Below, in pieces: positions 13,601 through 28,600 of a stretch of DNA of 64,000 nucleotides. Source of the DNA: Tubulanus polymorphus (Eukaryota > Animalia > Nemertea); assembly GCF_964204645.1 (NCBI RefSeq), contig NC_134026.1, forward strand, positions 12,671,950-12,735,949. Direction: 5' to 3'. The notes under the pieces were generated by a model. The model was not told where the DNA came from. It saw nothing but the letters and a program-made list of their open reading frames with translations, and ran no database searches. A program made the translations under genes and the position numbers. Positions within the stretch are counted from its first letter, which is position 1, and every line of letters starts with the position of its first letter.

Positions 13601-14518
13601 CTAAACATACGTAGGGAATACCCCTCGGCCAGTGAGCGAGAGTCAGGGATGAAAACAGAGTTGAAAAGAGAGGGTTGAAAAACGAAGGTATCATTTTAGC
13701 CATCAATGCATGTTCAATACATATATTATCAAGTTATACTTACTGTGACCACCGGATACAGTCTGCTCTCGCACAATCGCCACGAACCCATGACATAGGC
13801 CAATAACCATGCAGTCCATGGGGTACACGCTTCACATCTATGTGTTAAAACAGTTGTTTTCAAGCTGTTCACAAACTGAACCAAAGGCCAACTGCTAGCT
13901 GTACCCTTAGGGTTATATCAGTAGAAGTTAAACTAGTTACTGACCAAATTAAGTTTGCCGACTTTAATTTGTTTTTAATCGGTTTTTAATGGTTTCACAA
14001 TAGGATAATTTCTTATAGTAGCAGTTGTGAATAATATTTCTTCTGCTAATTCAAGACCTTTTCGACTAAACGAGCGTGTGGATTGTAGCCTATGTGCCAC
14101 CCGCTCCGTAGCGCGCAATATCTATTACTGATACATACATGGTGAAAACCGCATGTACAAGGCGATATTGCCGACGGGACTGTAACTCATGTTATCGATG
14201 CGCAGGCTCTCATCACTGCGCAGGCTCTCATCACTGCGCCACCAACTAGATAGGCCTACACATAATCGGGCTCTAAATATGGATGGCTGACAGGAATTAA
14301 TTAACGACTATTAATCATTTTACTTAGTAATAGTAAGAAAGTTTTCAGCATTACTCAACATACTGGGATCAGAAAAAACTATACAGTGCATGTTCTAGAC
14401 CTTTAGAGTGCACGTGAACACTGAGTATCGATGCAGCACAGCAGCTGATGTTGAATCAATGTAGCACGTGTATTGCCGAGTCCATATCACCAATGTGTAA
14501 ACATTCAATTAATCCGCT

Positions 14519-14545
14519 GACACACACACACACACACACACACAC
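14519..14545. repeat. (CA)n microsatellite
   Basis: Directly visible. Confidence 0.95.
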
Positions 14546-15431
14546 CAAGAAAATGCCGAACTTTCGGGCAATAAACGACAAAATAAATTTCCTGATATCT
14601 ATATACGGAAATATACAACTTAATCAGAGAAAAGGCCTATATAAAGTATCTCAAAAATGTATGCGTGGCACTATTTTAAGCGTGGACTTATACAGGTTTA
14701 CTTCTAGACAGAGGCGGCACTACTTTAGAGTCTCAAATTTTTTATTTAGGCAATTTCTTATTAACCAAGTTATAAAAATTCACCATATACGAACTCAACC
14801 TAATGTGTTTCACATTTAAGCGCAAGTGAAAGTTTCAGACGCGTACGTCACGTAAAACGGATGTAATCGTTTGATGTGACGGATTTCACGATTACAATAG
14901 GATGACGTGTACTACGTACCGCGTAAATCAGCGTTTCCATGGAGGATTTTCATCCCTGGACAGTAATGTAGAGAATGCAAAATTGTAATAGGGTTCCTGA
15001 CACTAGCTCACATCTCAAAAATAGGTTTCAATATGACTCTGGTGGCCATCTTGGATAACATAAAGGCCTATGCATCAAAAACACTTGGTTTTGCCTACAA
15101 AAGGCGAGTAATAATACTCAACAAAATGCTCTTGTTTCTGACAAACTTCTCTTGTAATGGTTGGCCCTGAATACAAATCGAACCTCAAAGCAATTGATCA
15201 GATCAAACCCTATTAAAAAATTTCCATTAAAACATCAAAAACGTGCTGATTAGATAGGCCTAACTGTATAAAAGCTAATATCAAGACAATAATAAATCAT
15301 AGGGTGTCAGAAATTTTCCCTAGCTCCCTAATTATCTCATCTACAGAGCTGAATAAGTAGGTTAAAAGCAATCATAATGGGAAAACTAAACCTGATACCC
15401 AGCAAAATAACAATATGGCATAATTCTATTA

Positions 15432-15650
<219 letters not shown>

Positions 15651-15837
15651 TCAATCATGATTTAGGAAGATTTTTATGACTTCTTTTATTTTTATTCTCA
15701 GAAAACACCCGAACATGAAGATTGGCGGCAAAATAAAAATGAAAAACAAAAATTTTGGCTATTCTATTTTACTTCAAAATTCCCGTTTTCAAGTTCGGCG
15801 GGCCCGTTGATCAAAATAAAAGATTGGTCTTGCCTAA

Positions 15838-16215
15838 CCAGGCTCTAAAACGGATAGCAATGCAAACGTCTATAAAATGACTTCAATTAATGACAATAAA
15901 ACAAGTATTCCAGTCTTGCTAATATCAGACTATCACTAAAAATTCATAGTTATCAATCAATCAGCCGTGCCTGTGTGGCGAACATTGAAGTAAGTATCCG
16001 CATTTTGAACCCAAATTTTCACCAGATATCTTGATGCTATGTTACCTTTTGCATGGGATTTCAAAATTAGAGGAATCATTTCACACAATAAATCGTTGTA
16101 TGATACACCTTGAGTATCAGAAATCATGTTAGCAACGATGAATATGAACCTACTTAATTGTGCCGCCATGTTACTTAACGCTTAACATGCACCACGTCAT
16201 GAGGAAAGTCAGTGC
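15838..16215. repeat. Dispersed repeat, second diverged copy at about 22788-23185
   Basis: Shared blocks caggct..aaac.ggat, cttcaattaatga..ataaaacaagtattccagtc, agatatcttgatgc and gccgccat. Confidence 0.65.
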
Positions 16216-17540
16216 AATTGCATATTGTAATGCTTAATGTATATGAAAAAATGGCCGATTTTGCGTACAGAGGGGGAGGGGGTTGAAAAATTCAAATTGT
16301 ATGCGTACGTAATAAATGAATGATCCCTCAGACTCAGATATAACATACTTCTAGATACCGGATACAAATGAATCATTTATTTTTAGTAAAATCAGACATA
16401 GGTACAAAATTGATTACATGGGACATAATATTCTTAAATACACTACACAACATTTAGATAAAACATATTGCTATTGGAAATTAGACAAGAAACAAAATTG
16501 TTAAGAACTTTCCTCAATTTACACGATGGTGTATGTTTAATCCAGTATCAAAATCAAACTAATTTAAGTCCCAGATAAGTGAAAATAAATCTGATCCTAA
16601 ATTAAACGAGTAACACTGTACCATTGAACTGTTAGGGTGAAGGGGGAAAAAAATAAGAATTTTTTCTATCACCGAAAATTTCAAAATGGGTATAGAGAAC
16701 ATGCCTAATTTATTCTGTGACGTTTTTCTATATTACTTTTTGAAGGACTGCAGAAAAAAATGAGGAGGTCCAACTGCCCTGGGTTTTCAGTTTCCGAGCC
16801 TTAAAGGCCCGAATCCAAAGGTCCTTGGACCAAACCTCGCAAGACTAGCAAGGATTACTCCTGGAGAAGATTTGCCCAGATTTACACCTACACGACGCAG
16901 TTTGTCATCCTCCCTACCATGATGCTGACCTTTAGGAGGGGGTGGCATAATTATTCAATTAAGAATGAATTAAAAATGAATTAAATTAAATTAAATTATT
17001 TCGGGAAAAAAGAAACACGGGATGGGATCAACTTCCTAAATCCCTTTATTTTTTGTCAAAAAATCCAACGCGTTCATATGCAAAAGATGGCGGCTTTTGC
17101 CAGTGGCTAAATGCAATACCGCAGGGCCGGGTCCTATAGAAAAACCGATGGTGATCAATCCAAATTTAGAAAATATTGGCCAAAACCATAGGAAAGGGGA
17201 CAGTACTCGACGGAAATACGCGACCTTGGATGGGTTCTTTGCTAGTATTGCTGAATTTTTCACCTTATCTGCTTATTAAGGACTATGTTTACTATCTATG
17301 AATTGTAGTGCACACTTTAACAACACCATGAACAATGGCTAGAAATCAGGTTACAACACGACTCCAACAGAGTTCACAAATTGTGATTATATGTTAGGCT
17401 AGTAATACTTCCATGCCATTTTCAGCAAATCAATATCAAATCAAAACAAACTGCTACTAGGCTATAGCCCCTACAGGTTATACTATATTGATCAATACAA
17501 AATCATCATAGAAAATCTAGGATGAATAGAATATCGCTGA

Positions 17541-17932
17541 AGAGGACTTATGCCCCCATATCAGGTCAAAAACACCTGAATTTGTAACCTTATCTTATTG
17601 TTGAACCTTTTATGAGCTCCATGAAATGAACCGCACAAAATGGCTTCTTGTAAATTTGACAGATACCCCGAGCCACCCATTCACCAAATTTCAGTTATAT
17701 ATCTCACACTGTTATGCGTTTGATATATGAAAAATACAAAATAGCTTCCTGTGATCATGCCCTGGACCCACGGACATGCAGGACCCAAAATCTAATCAGT
17801 TACCGTACATAGGTAGAACCCATTTATTGAAATTGAGCAAAATCTTTTTAATGAATAAGAAGCAAGGGCATGGAATTCATTACGGACAGATGGTCGAATT
17901 CAGTTATACATAAGATATTGTGGGGGCATAAA
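17541..17932 (-). mobile_element. Second HINE-like family, short element
   Basis: Subterminal inverted pair atgcccccatatc and gatattgtgggggcat, a (GGAC/AGAT)-type microsatellite remnant, and an A-run flank. Confidence 0.45.
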
Positions 17933-18344
17933 AACAATCCACATTTGAAATCTTCAAAAATATTTTACAGAAACAGGAAGCGGCCTTTAAATGAAGACAT
18001 TAACACGACATTTTTTGCGAAAGTATCCAAACAGCCAGTTTTTATCATAAAAGTTGATTATTGGCACTGAGGTAAATGCTGTTACTAATCAAGCGATTAA
18101 TGATGGCAATACTTGATAAATGAAGCATGAACATATGATTGATGCATAAGCTTATCTATCTATAATAATTGATTACATCTGTAAAATTGAGAGGACTGAA
18201 GGTCGACCTAGGGATTCCTGGAAGCATATGGCATCAAAGTACAGGTAGGCAGAAACAATGGTGACATCATTTTCAAATCATACACAATGAAAGATGTGAT
18301 AAGTCCATTATAAGTCAAAATAGAATGTGAATGAATCAGTCAAA

Positions 18345-19670
18345 TTAGGGGTCAAGGGACACTATGCCCAATTTGGGAAAGGTTTGAAATGTTAAACAAT
18401 GTGGCGATTCCAATATTCAATGCCGCCGGGACATACTGAAACCAAAACCAATTATTTTTGATCAGATTTTTTATTATGTTCACGCAACCAGCTGCTAACA
18501 TTAGTGTTATGAGTCTTTATTTATACATAGAAACGGGTTTTTGAAGAAATACCCACAGATTGTATGTAAGGGAAAGCTAAATCTTAAGGGCATTACTAAA
18601 CAGTGCTACCATCCAAAATTCAACTGAGACCACACAAATTATGCTTAAAACCCGACAAACAACATAAGACCACCACAACCACCAAAAAATAGTGATTTCA
18701 AATAAATTTCAAAGTCAAATTCCAATAGAGAACCATAACGTCCATACGGTCGAAGACAGTGTCTAGAACTGACTTAGTAGTGGGAAGTGGATGCATGAGA
18801 TGCCAGTTTTTTTATCAGCGAAAAAAATGTTTCTCGTTAGGCCTATATCTTTTTTTCTAATACGCATGCCGAACAGGGTATTTTTATTATTATTTAACTA
18901 AGGGGATTCCCCAACACTACAGCATCTTCGAATGACGCAGTTTGTGTAGATATATGTGATACATGCATTACTGTTAATTTCAATGAAGAAAATCCCTCAC
19001 TCGCTCTGTGCTTTCGCACTGATACCAATATAATAAGGAAATACAAAGTTATCTTACAATTCAATGCCCCCTGGTGACCATGTAGAATAACCAATGACCT
19101 TGAAACTCACAACATCAATAGAACATGTCATGAGCTGCAACTTTGCAACTGATTGTGGTTACAAAATATGCATACTATACATACGCTATAGTTACTAATA
19201 TAAATGGACAAATAATATATTATTCAATATTTAACTCCCCCTGGTGACAAAAGCAAAGAAGTAGGCAAAATTTCCAATTCCATTTGAGGAGATGTATCTT
19301 ATGACAGTGCTTATAACAATAAAATGTCTAGATGTTTAGTAAAACCTCTTTATATTTTCATCAAAAAACTTTTTTTCCACTCACGAATGACTACTGATGA
19401 CACTAAGATGGCAGCCAACAGTGTGATAATTGGCAGATCAAAAATACCTTCAGATGTATTTAAGATCCCTTTTCATAGAATAACCATCATAAATTTCAAT
19501 GAAGAATGGCAAACCAGTAGGAAGCTACAGGACTCAGATTCAGGCCAAAATTAATTTTTTTTGGCACAAAAAAGGTCACAAGACGGCCATTTTGAGTCCA
19601 ATTGCCCAAACTTTTCTTATGCTGAGCCCTTGGGGAATACAAATATATATGGAAGATCAAGGTGAATAGT
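18345..19670 (-). mobile_element. Old, diverged and interrupted HINE-family copy
   Basis: taggggtcaagggacactatgcccaatttggg at about 18346; ccccctggtgac motifs near 19067 and 19237; core similar to copy A at about 19370-19660. Confidence 0.6.
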
Positions 19671-19792
19671 AGCCTAATAAGGACCCCTACTGAACGCCCC
19701 ACTCCCTCTGGAATATAGGAAGCCAAGTAGATATTTTGCCTATATTGTATTAGGCCTATGCCAGTCAACCCATCTATTTTGACATATATAGA

Positions 19793-20960
19793 CAGTCAAC
19801 CTCACTTAATTCGTCATCGGTTAATTTGTATAGCTATCTAATTCTTCTAACAAGAGCCCCAAGGGGCACTTTGGCCAGCCTGTCAGTTTTTCATAAAATG
19901 GCAAATGATGCATTCAGTGGGTTTTGTCCAAATACACTCCCAGCGATAGACTAGTCAATCCCAGGCTAATAATTTACACAATTCAATCGTGTTTTCATAA
20001 GTAGCACTGACAGAGACTGGAGCTGACAGGAACAAATACCTCAGATAAATCTTTTCCCTTGGTCTTATTGATTAGAATGCGGAATAGAATTGAATTTTCT
20101 GAAATTTGCTCAATAAAACAAGATTGAATTGGATTTGCTGTTCAACCTTGTTCAATAAAGTAAAATTGAATTTGATATGATATTTTTTGCTAAATAAATT
20201 TTTTTTGAATTTGCAGTTTGATCACATGGCTAATTCGCATATCAAGGTCATCCAACCGATTTGAGAAAAAGTTATTTTTCAGGACTTTGCACAATTGTCA
20301 ATGATATTTTCTGCAGTGCAAATAAAAATATTCCTCCCAAAAACCAAATCAACTAAAGATTTCACAGAAATCGATATTGAAATACAATTTTAGATGTTAA
20401 AATAAAACCCGGAAGTAAAGCGGTAGACATTACCACGGGTTCACGTAAACACCTGCTGATCTCTGCGGCTAAGCCAATCATAGAGGAGTCTTTGCTTTCT
20501 GATTGGCTTTTTTAAACAGATATTTTTGCTATCAGGTTTTCGCGAAAAAGCTCATATAAATCTTAACGAGGCCCTCTTTCAAAATTCAGCTTCATAGGGG
20601 TTGGAGAATGGATAATGCTCTAATGAATTGTATGAATATATGCTCAGTTGCACAGTCAAAGAGCCTTTACTCTGGAAGCCTTGTCATTTAAATTCGCTCC
20701 ATTTGTATAGTAATAGGCTCAGCCTACGGTTGAACCAAAAGTGAAAGGTCCCAATTATTCCTTCGGACGTATTCGCGACCCATAATTCGTATTTCATTTT
20801 TCCCCCAGCTGGCAGTGATTGGCAAGCTTACCAATTACTTGTCAGTCATTTCTATGAATTAAACATAATTCATGGAAAATACAAATAACGTATAATCCGT
20901 ATATCTAATTTCTAGAAAAGACTACGGTCCCAAGAGATACGAAATAAGCGAGGTTGACTG
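19793..20960. mobile_element. pogo/Tigger-like non-autonomous element
   Basis: TIR pair cagtcaacctcacttaattcg and cgaaataagcgaggttgactg; right end followed by TA, left TSD imperfect. Confidence 0.55.
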
Positions 20961-21599
20961 TAATTTAAGCTCTTTACTAACAAGAGGCCTGTGGGTCTTG
21001 AGCTTTCACAGAACTATATCCTTATGTAGTCTAATGAAATAAATCTTATGCATGAAAGAATTATCTACTACTGTTTCATCATTTCCTTTCTAGAGTTCAG
21101 TGGAGTTATGGTCTATTTATGGAGTTATGGTTCTTTAACTAGAGGACCAAAGGTCCTGTGCTCCCGAGGTACAATTTCTTATAATATCAATCAAAACATA
21201 TTACATTGTTCGTTGCTCATTCTCCTACTTTTTAATTATGCAGATCTGTTTGCTTTAACAACTGCTATGGGCACTACGATGAAACTTGACACCTCAGACA
21301 GTGGTAGGCATGATCAAATACGTCAGATCGATTTGTTTTACTTTACTTTATTTGTTTTACTAACATTAGTGAAATATGGCCGGTCATAGTTCAGAAAGAT
21401 CGACAGACCAATGTGTATCACTTTCGAAGACTTTTTAATAATAATTGGACTGATAACAACTTAAATGAAAATCTATAATACAGTTTTTGTTCAAAATAAT
21501 AATTACCCATGGGCCCAGAGGTTTACTATGGAATGCCATCGCTGCAAAAAATCAAAATCGCAATATTACATTCTCAATTGGTAACTTCAATTTCACAAA

Positions 21600-21865
21600 C
21601 TTAGATAGTCAACTTAAATCTAACAATCGACTCGTTATCTTACACAGTCAACTGAGAATATAACAGTCAACTCGTAATTTAACATTACATTCATAATCTT
21701 AAAAGGCAACCAGTAATATTACAGTTCTCAGAATCTTACAGCCAGCTCATAATATTATCGTCAATTCGTGATATTACAGTTAGCTCATAATCTTAGTCAA
21801 CTCGTGATATAACAGTCAACTCGCAATATTACAGTTAGCTCATAATCTTAAAGTCAACGCGTCAT
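21600..21865. repeat. Minisatellite with units of about 21 bp (ttacagtcaactcgtaatat-like)
   Basis: About 12 degenerate tandem units. Confidence 0.8.
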
Positions 21866-23664
21866 TTACGCCAATATATAACACCAGATGGCACTGTTGG
21901 TATCAGACTGGCTCACGTACCATGGAAATGGTTGGAGAGTAATAAATTATCTTATCCTATCTTATCTGGTTGATATTTGGTATTCGCTAGCTTCTCAGAA
22001 TCGATACATCTGAGACTGCTTTGTCATAGAAAGTTCTATTGAAACATTATTCTCTTTACATTGATGGCGTTCTGTAAAAATTCATTATCTTATCTCACTA
22101 TCTCACAAGTTCATCTTCGAGAAAGCAATCCCAGATGCTATTTGTTTCACACCAGGTCCGCCATTTTGTTTTAGCATGGTGACAGACATGTTCTCAACAG
22201 GTAAACGCTCATCTGTACCGACAACATATGGCCAAAAACAAATATAGGCTTCTCTGCCACCAGACTAGCAGAATCTATGAAAAATGCTAATAGCTAAACA
22301 ATCAAGCACAATCCTGGACATCTTCACATAATTTGGTCAAAGAAAATATTACAAAATGAGAAGGGTTAGCCTAAATGTGAAGAGAGAAATGATTTTATTG
22401 AAATCTTACATAAAAACTAAATAAGAGACTATATTCTTAATTCAGAAAAACTTGGTGAGAGCCTAAGTTTCATGGGAGGTTTTTCATTATCATATACTGA
22501 CCTCCCAAGTTCTTCAAATTTGAGGCCAGTGCCGGTTACTGACGAAACAAAGTTTTATCGACTGACAGTGTTTTTAATAATTTCACGATAGGATTGCTTT
22601 AAGCTTACATTTTCACTCAGACAAATCGTTTACGCGCGACCTACATTGTGGCATGCGTACTCTATAACTGGTACAAACACGCAGTGAACACGGACAGTAT
22701 ATGGCAATATTGCTACCACACTGTACACGACTGTTTTCAACGTGAACGCTCATCACTATACCGCGATTAACAAACTAACATTAATATCAGGCTCCAAACT
22801 GGATCTAATGCCAATGCTAATGCTTCAATTAATGATGATAAAACAAGTATTCCAGTCGTGTATATATCAGACTCATCTCTAAAAATCCGATGCTATCAGT
22901 AAATCAGTCATGTGGCGAACACGGAGGTAAATTTCCGCATTTTGAAACCACATTTTCGTCAGATATCTTGATGCAAGGTTACCTTACGCACGGGATATCA
23001 AAACTAGATGAATCATTGAACATACGCACACATTAAATCGTTATATCATATGCCTTAAAAGTATCAGTATTCGCGCTAGAAATGACGAATATCAACATGA
23101 TCAATCGAGCCGCCATTTTGTTTGTGAAATAACGCGCACCAGCTGATCCAACTCGTTCAATGTTACGACGTCATGATGGAAGTCAAAACTGGGTCAACAC
23201 AAATTTCATATTATCAAGATTTCGAGTCTTTGAAAGCCCATAACTATCGAACAAAGCGTCGGATCTTGGCAAGATAAAGTTCTTCCGATGCAAATAGCAT
23301 TGAATTTTCACATGTGCAATTTCAGACAGTTAAAGATGCTGCATAAAGAAACGTGTAAAAACAAATCGGATCTTTTAAACTTTTTGGTAAATTTCTTGAA
23401 AAATATGAAACCCACGACTTTCAACTTTGCGCACCATCAAGAAAAACTAATTACGAAATATATTTTTGCTTAATCCGTTCAATTTGCCCATTAGCAGTGA
23501 AATTACAGGCTACTGAAATTGCGTTTGAGTGTGCTAAAAATAGCTGTGAGTGTAGTGTATACGAATGATTATCGATCGGCCAAACCATTGACATATGCTC
23601 GCTAACGCGAGCCAAAAATGTCAGCAGCTACGATTGTGTAATTGATTGTGATAACAAAATAATA

Positions 23665-24922
23665 ACTAGGGGTCCAGGGACACCATGCCCACTTGGGAAG
23701 TGGTTTCAAATGCTCAACAATCTAACAATTTCAATATTCAACGCCCCCTGGTGACCATTTACAAAAACCAACGACCTTGAAACTCACCACAATCATAGAA
23801 CATGTCAGCAGCTACGATTTTGTAATTGATTGTGATAACAAAATATGACTCGTTACCAATTTAATATGGAAATATTAAGTCATTCTACTATTCAACGCCC
23901 CCTGGTGACCATATTCAAAACCCAATGACCTCGAAGCTCACCACAATCATAGAACATGTCATGAACTACAACTTTGCAATTGATCATGGTAACAAAATAT
24001 GCCTAGGTACCAATATAATAAGGAAATACCAGGTTATTCTACTATTCAACGCCCCCTGGTGACCATATAGAATAACTAATTTCCTTAAAACTCACCACAA
24101 TCATAGATGATGTCATGAGCTACAACTTTGCAATTGATTGCGGTAACAAAATATGCATAGGTACGAATATAATATAGAAATACTATGATATTGTATTATT
24201 CAACGCCCCCTGGTGGCCATATACGAAATCCAATTACCTTGAAACTCACCACAATCATAGAACACGTTATGAGCTACAACTTTCTAATTGATTGTGGTAG
24301 CAAAATACGCTTAGGTATCAATATAATGTGGAAAAACTTTTTCCCACTTATGAATGAGTACTGGTGACACAAAGATGGCCGCCAATTGCGTCACAATTGG
24401 CTGATGAAAAATACCTGTCTCAGGTATAAAACATCCCTTTCCAAAGAATACCCATCACAAATTGCAATGAGAAATGGCAAACCAGTAGGAAGCTACAGGA
24501 CTCAGAATTCGGGCCAAAATCAACATTTTTGGGCACTAAAAAGGCCATAGGACGGCCATCTTTTGTCCGACCGACCCAATTTTTGTTATGTTGATGGGCC
24601 CTGGGGGGATTCACATATATCCGAAAGATCAAGGTAATTGATCAAAGCGTCTTCAAAATTTCCCTCAAAAAGTTCAAAAATGTGTAAAAAGTGCTGATTT
24701 TGGTGAACAACAATGGCTGCTAGTCGGCCATCTTGATTCTGACAGGGCCAGTTTTTGGGCTGAAGATGTGTCTCGGGTAGATACATGTATAACCCAAATA
24801 TCAAGACGTTACCTTGAAGCGTCTTCAAAACTTCCCAAAATAACTGGATTCCGTCTACGGACGGATGGACGGACGAAAAGTGAACGCAATAGCCCGCTGG
24901 GACTAAAGTCCCAAGTGGGCTA
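23665..24922 (-). mobile_element. HINE-like element, copy C (full length), nested in an older copy of the same family
   Basis: Same termini; repeats at 23741, 23895, 24049, 24203. Fragments of the older copy flank it at 23618-23660, 24935-25640 and 30010-30192. Confidence 0.85.
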
Positions 24923-25639
24923 AAATGGTACTTTACTATTCAACGCCGCCTGGTGACCATAAGCGAAACCCAATGACCTTGCAACTCTCCACAATCATTG
25001 AACATGTCATGAACTACAACTTTGCCTAGGTACCAATCTAATAAGGAAATATTAAGTTATTCTACTATTCAACGCCCCCTGATGACCATATAGAAAAACT
25101 AGACCTAATGTCCTTGAAACTCATTAAAATCATAGAACACGTTATGGGCTACAACTTTCCAATTGATTGTAGTAACACAATATGCTTACAGGGTTCATAG
25201 CCTCCATGACCAGTCTCATTCCATGACTTTCAAGCACCTTTTTGCCCCAATTCAATGACCCGATTCGTTGATCAAATTAACAATAATAGATTTCAACTAG
25301 CTGACTTTGACTATTAACTGTATTATATCAAAATACCTAAACAGCTTAGGTATCTATGTAATGTGGAAAACTTTTTTCCACCTACGAATGAGTACTGATG
25401 ACACCAAGATGGCCGCCAATTGTGTCATAATTAGCTGATCAAAAATACCTGTCTCGGGTATAAAACATCCCTTTCCAAAGAGTACCCATCACAAATTGCA
25501 ATGAGAAATGGCAAACAAGTAGGAAGCTACAGGACCCAAAATTCCGGCCAACATTGACATTTTTGGGCACTAAAAAGGTAACAGGACGACCATCTTGACT
25601 CCGATCGACCCAATTTTTTAATGCTGATGGGCCATTGGG

Positions 25640-28600
25640 ATTGTCTCGTTGAGCTTGAAATATTATAGGGATTTGGTCCTTCAATATACTGGTCGCCCCA
25701 GCATCTTGTACTGGTTTGGATTGTAAATCGGGATTTTCTTCCAGTGCATTTACATATTGTCGTCTAGACAGGGCATGAACGGGGCAGGAAATTTCGTCCA
25801 CCGTAAGCAATCACACGTTCGTTGCCATCAATACGTTGACACAGAACCAGACCTATCGCATTCGCGCTTGCATCAGTGTGCAGCTCGAAAGGTTGGTTAA
25901 AGTCCGGAAAGGCTAGGACTGGAGGACTGGTTAGTCTGACTCGAGCTCTTGGAATGATCGTTCGCAGTCCCCATTCCACTCAAACTTAGCATTTTTTCTG
26001 GTGAGTGCGTAAAGTGGACTGCATATTTCGCTAAATTTTCAATAAACCGACAATTATATGTCAAATGTCTTTCAATGTTGTGGGGACTGGATACTCGTTT
26101 ATTGTTGACATTTCTCTGGGTCAGGCTTGATGCCTTCACCACTGATAATATGGCCAAATACAAAACGCTATCGAGAACAAAATGACATTAGTCGGGTTTT
26201 AACGTGAGCCTCTAGAAATCACATAAAAATCTGTTCTAAGTGAATCAAATGTTCCTCAAAAGTTTGTGAAAAGAAGACGACATCGTCTAGATATATATTA
26301 AACAGATTTTCCAGCTTAGGCCTCGGAGCACATTCTCCATCAATCTCTCAAAGGTACCCGGACTATTGCATAAGCCAAACGGAAGACGATTGAATTCGAA
26401 TCGGCCCCTGTTACAAGAAAAAGCAGTAATTGGCTTGGATTCTTCGTCAACCTCCACTTGCCAATAGCCTGACCGTAAATCAAGAGAGAAATATTTTGGT
26501 TGCGTTGCACCGAGGCTATCGAGAATATTGTCGCACCTTGGCACTGGAAAAGAATCTTTGCGTGTGACGGAATTTACTTTACGGTAGTCAACGCAGAATC
26601 GTGTTTGGCCGTTTTTCTTTTTCACTTAACGACCAGGCTACTCCAGGGGGAGTTTGATTCGCGTATGATATCTGCCTCGACCATTTTGTCAACCTCATCT
26701 TCTTCAATTTTCCTCATCCCTGGGGTTCTACAGTAGGCTCTTTGTCGAATCGGTGGGTGACCCTGAACATCAATATGGTGTTTGATTAATGAAGTGTGGC
26801 CTCACTCGCTATCGTCATTCGCGAAAACGTATTTACGAAGTAGGTCCGTCAGTTGCTGTTTCTCGTCCTTCGTCAGCTTAGCGTCGCTCAGGTCCACGTT
26901 TGGTGGGTCTAGTTTTGGCTTATCGTTTCTAGTACTTATGTGGCACATATTGCGTCTCTCCTGGCTGACTGGCGGAGTGTCAGTTTCTTCCAGAGTTGAG
27001 TGTACTTGGTATGACCCAGTCGACAGGTTCCCCACCGTTGTACCCTGGAACAGCTGTAAAGGATTTACCGTAGGGTTACAGATTCGAAACGGAACAGTTT
27101 GGCTCTTTACTAAGGCGATTATTTTAGCCCCGATTAAGTTAGACTTTTGTAATTGTGTGCTAGGGTCTATGTAGCACTCTGTGTCATCTCTAATTCTGTC
27201 GACAACTTTAGAAAGAATGATTATTTCAGTGAATGGGGGGACAACTGTCATCTCTTGAATGCAAATTTTAGTGTCACTAACTAGGTCGAACTGCTTCTGC
27301 AATCATAGTGGTCTACTCCCCGGAAATTGAATGGTTGCGACCCCCAAATCCATACCTAAGATGACGTCGTAGGCCAGCACTGAAGCTACGTGCGCATCAA
27401 TCGGAAAGCCTGTTACCAATATCTAGACTGAAACTAATTTTCCCTAACATTTTAATCGGCGTGCCATTGGCTGAATGGACATTGTGACTTGTGGCCAGGT
27501 CCAATTGTTTACTCTTAAAATAATCTAAAAATCTAAACACGTTTTAACTTATAACAGTTATCTCGCTTCCACTATATACGAGAACAGTGACAGCGTTAGT
27601 GCCAAATTTCCCGTGCACTGAGTTAGCTACTGAGGCCAGAATTGTCTTTGGCCTATCAGCATGAACCGTTGGATTATGGCCGACATCTGAGTCGACTGGC
27701 CCCCAGACCATATCAGGGTCTCTCGGTGCGTTCCGTACATTAGATACAGTATCGAGTCTGGTAAAATAATAGACTAGAATCAAGTTTAGACACTTGTGAG
27801 GACACGTAAGATAAAGCATATTTCAATTTCGAATACAAGTATGTAGTGAGTATATATGAATAAGATATAAATAACGATGCAGTATATATGACAAATATGT
27901 GTGTCCATCTGAACACTGAAACACAAGATAATTTCACAATGTTAATCATACAATATAAAAAACAATATAAAAAACCAACAAACAAAATTGACTATTCCCG
28001 AATAAATTTCTCTTGGGGTATCTGGCGTAGGATTTCGATTGGACAGCCCGAATGAACCCACATTCAGACGGGCCTCATTTAGTTTCCCCGCTTCGTCAAA
28101 TATACATTGTCCTGTTACCGCACCCCGTGGTTGGTAGGTTTGATTGCCGGGATTATGATAATTTGTAGGACGCCCACGACGCGATCGAAAATCATGTCAA
28201 TCTCTACAATAGGTCGCCGTGTGACCGACGCGATTACATCTGCCGCGAATAGGATTACCCGAAGTCGTTCGCTGGTTCCTATACTGGTCATGCAGACGAA
28301 CGTTCTGTGGAGCTTGTTGGTTGCGTATCTCCCTCACTTCGCTTCTTGGGGAAGCGATCTCATCCCTTAAGGATTGGTCTAGCGATTTATCGTCAGAAAT
28401 GGCTGCGACCGTTGTTGGCGGGTCAAGCTGGTTAATTAATTCAGCCGTCAGCGCGTGGTTAACGGCCTCGTCCACGTTTTTAGGGTGCTGTGTGATGACA
28501 AATTTCCGTATATCGGACCGTAGACCAGACATAAAAATATGAAACCGAGAAGCGGCTGGAGTAACCAGTTTTTCAAATTTAGAGGTCAGGTCTTGGGAAT

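Noticed and set aside
14448-14819. 123-aa ORF with a (TH)n run
   Set aside because: Produced by a (CA)n microsatellite in an intron; no homology motif.
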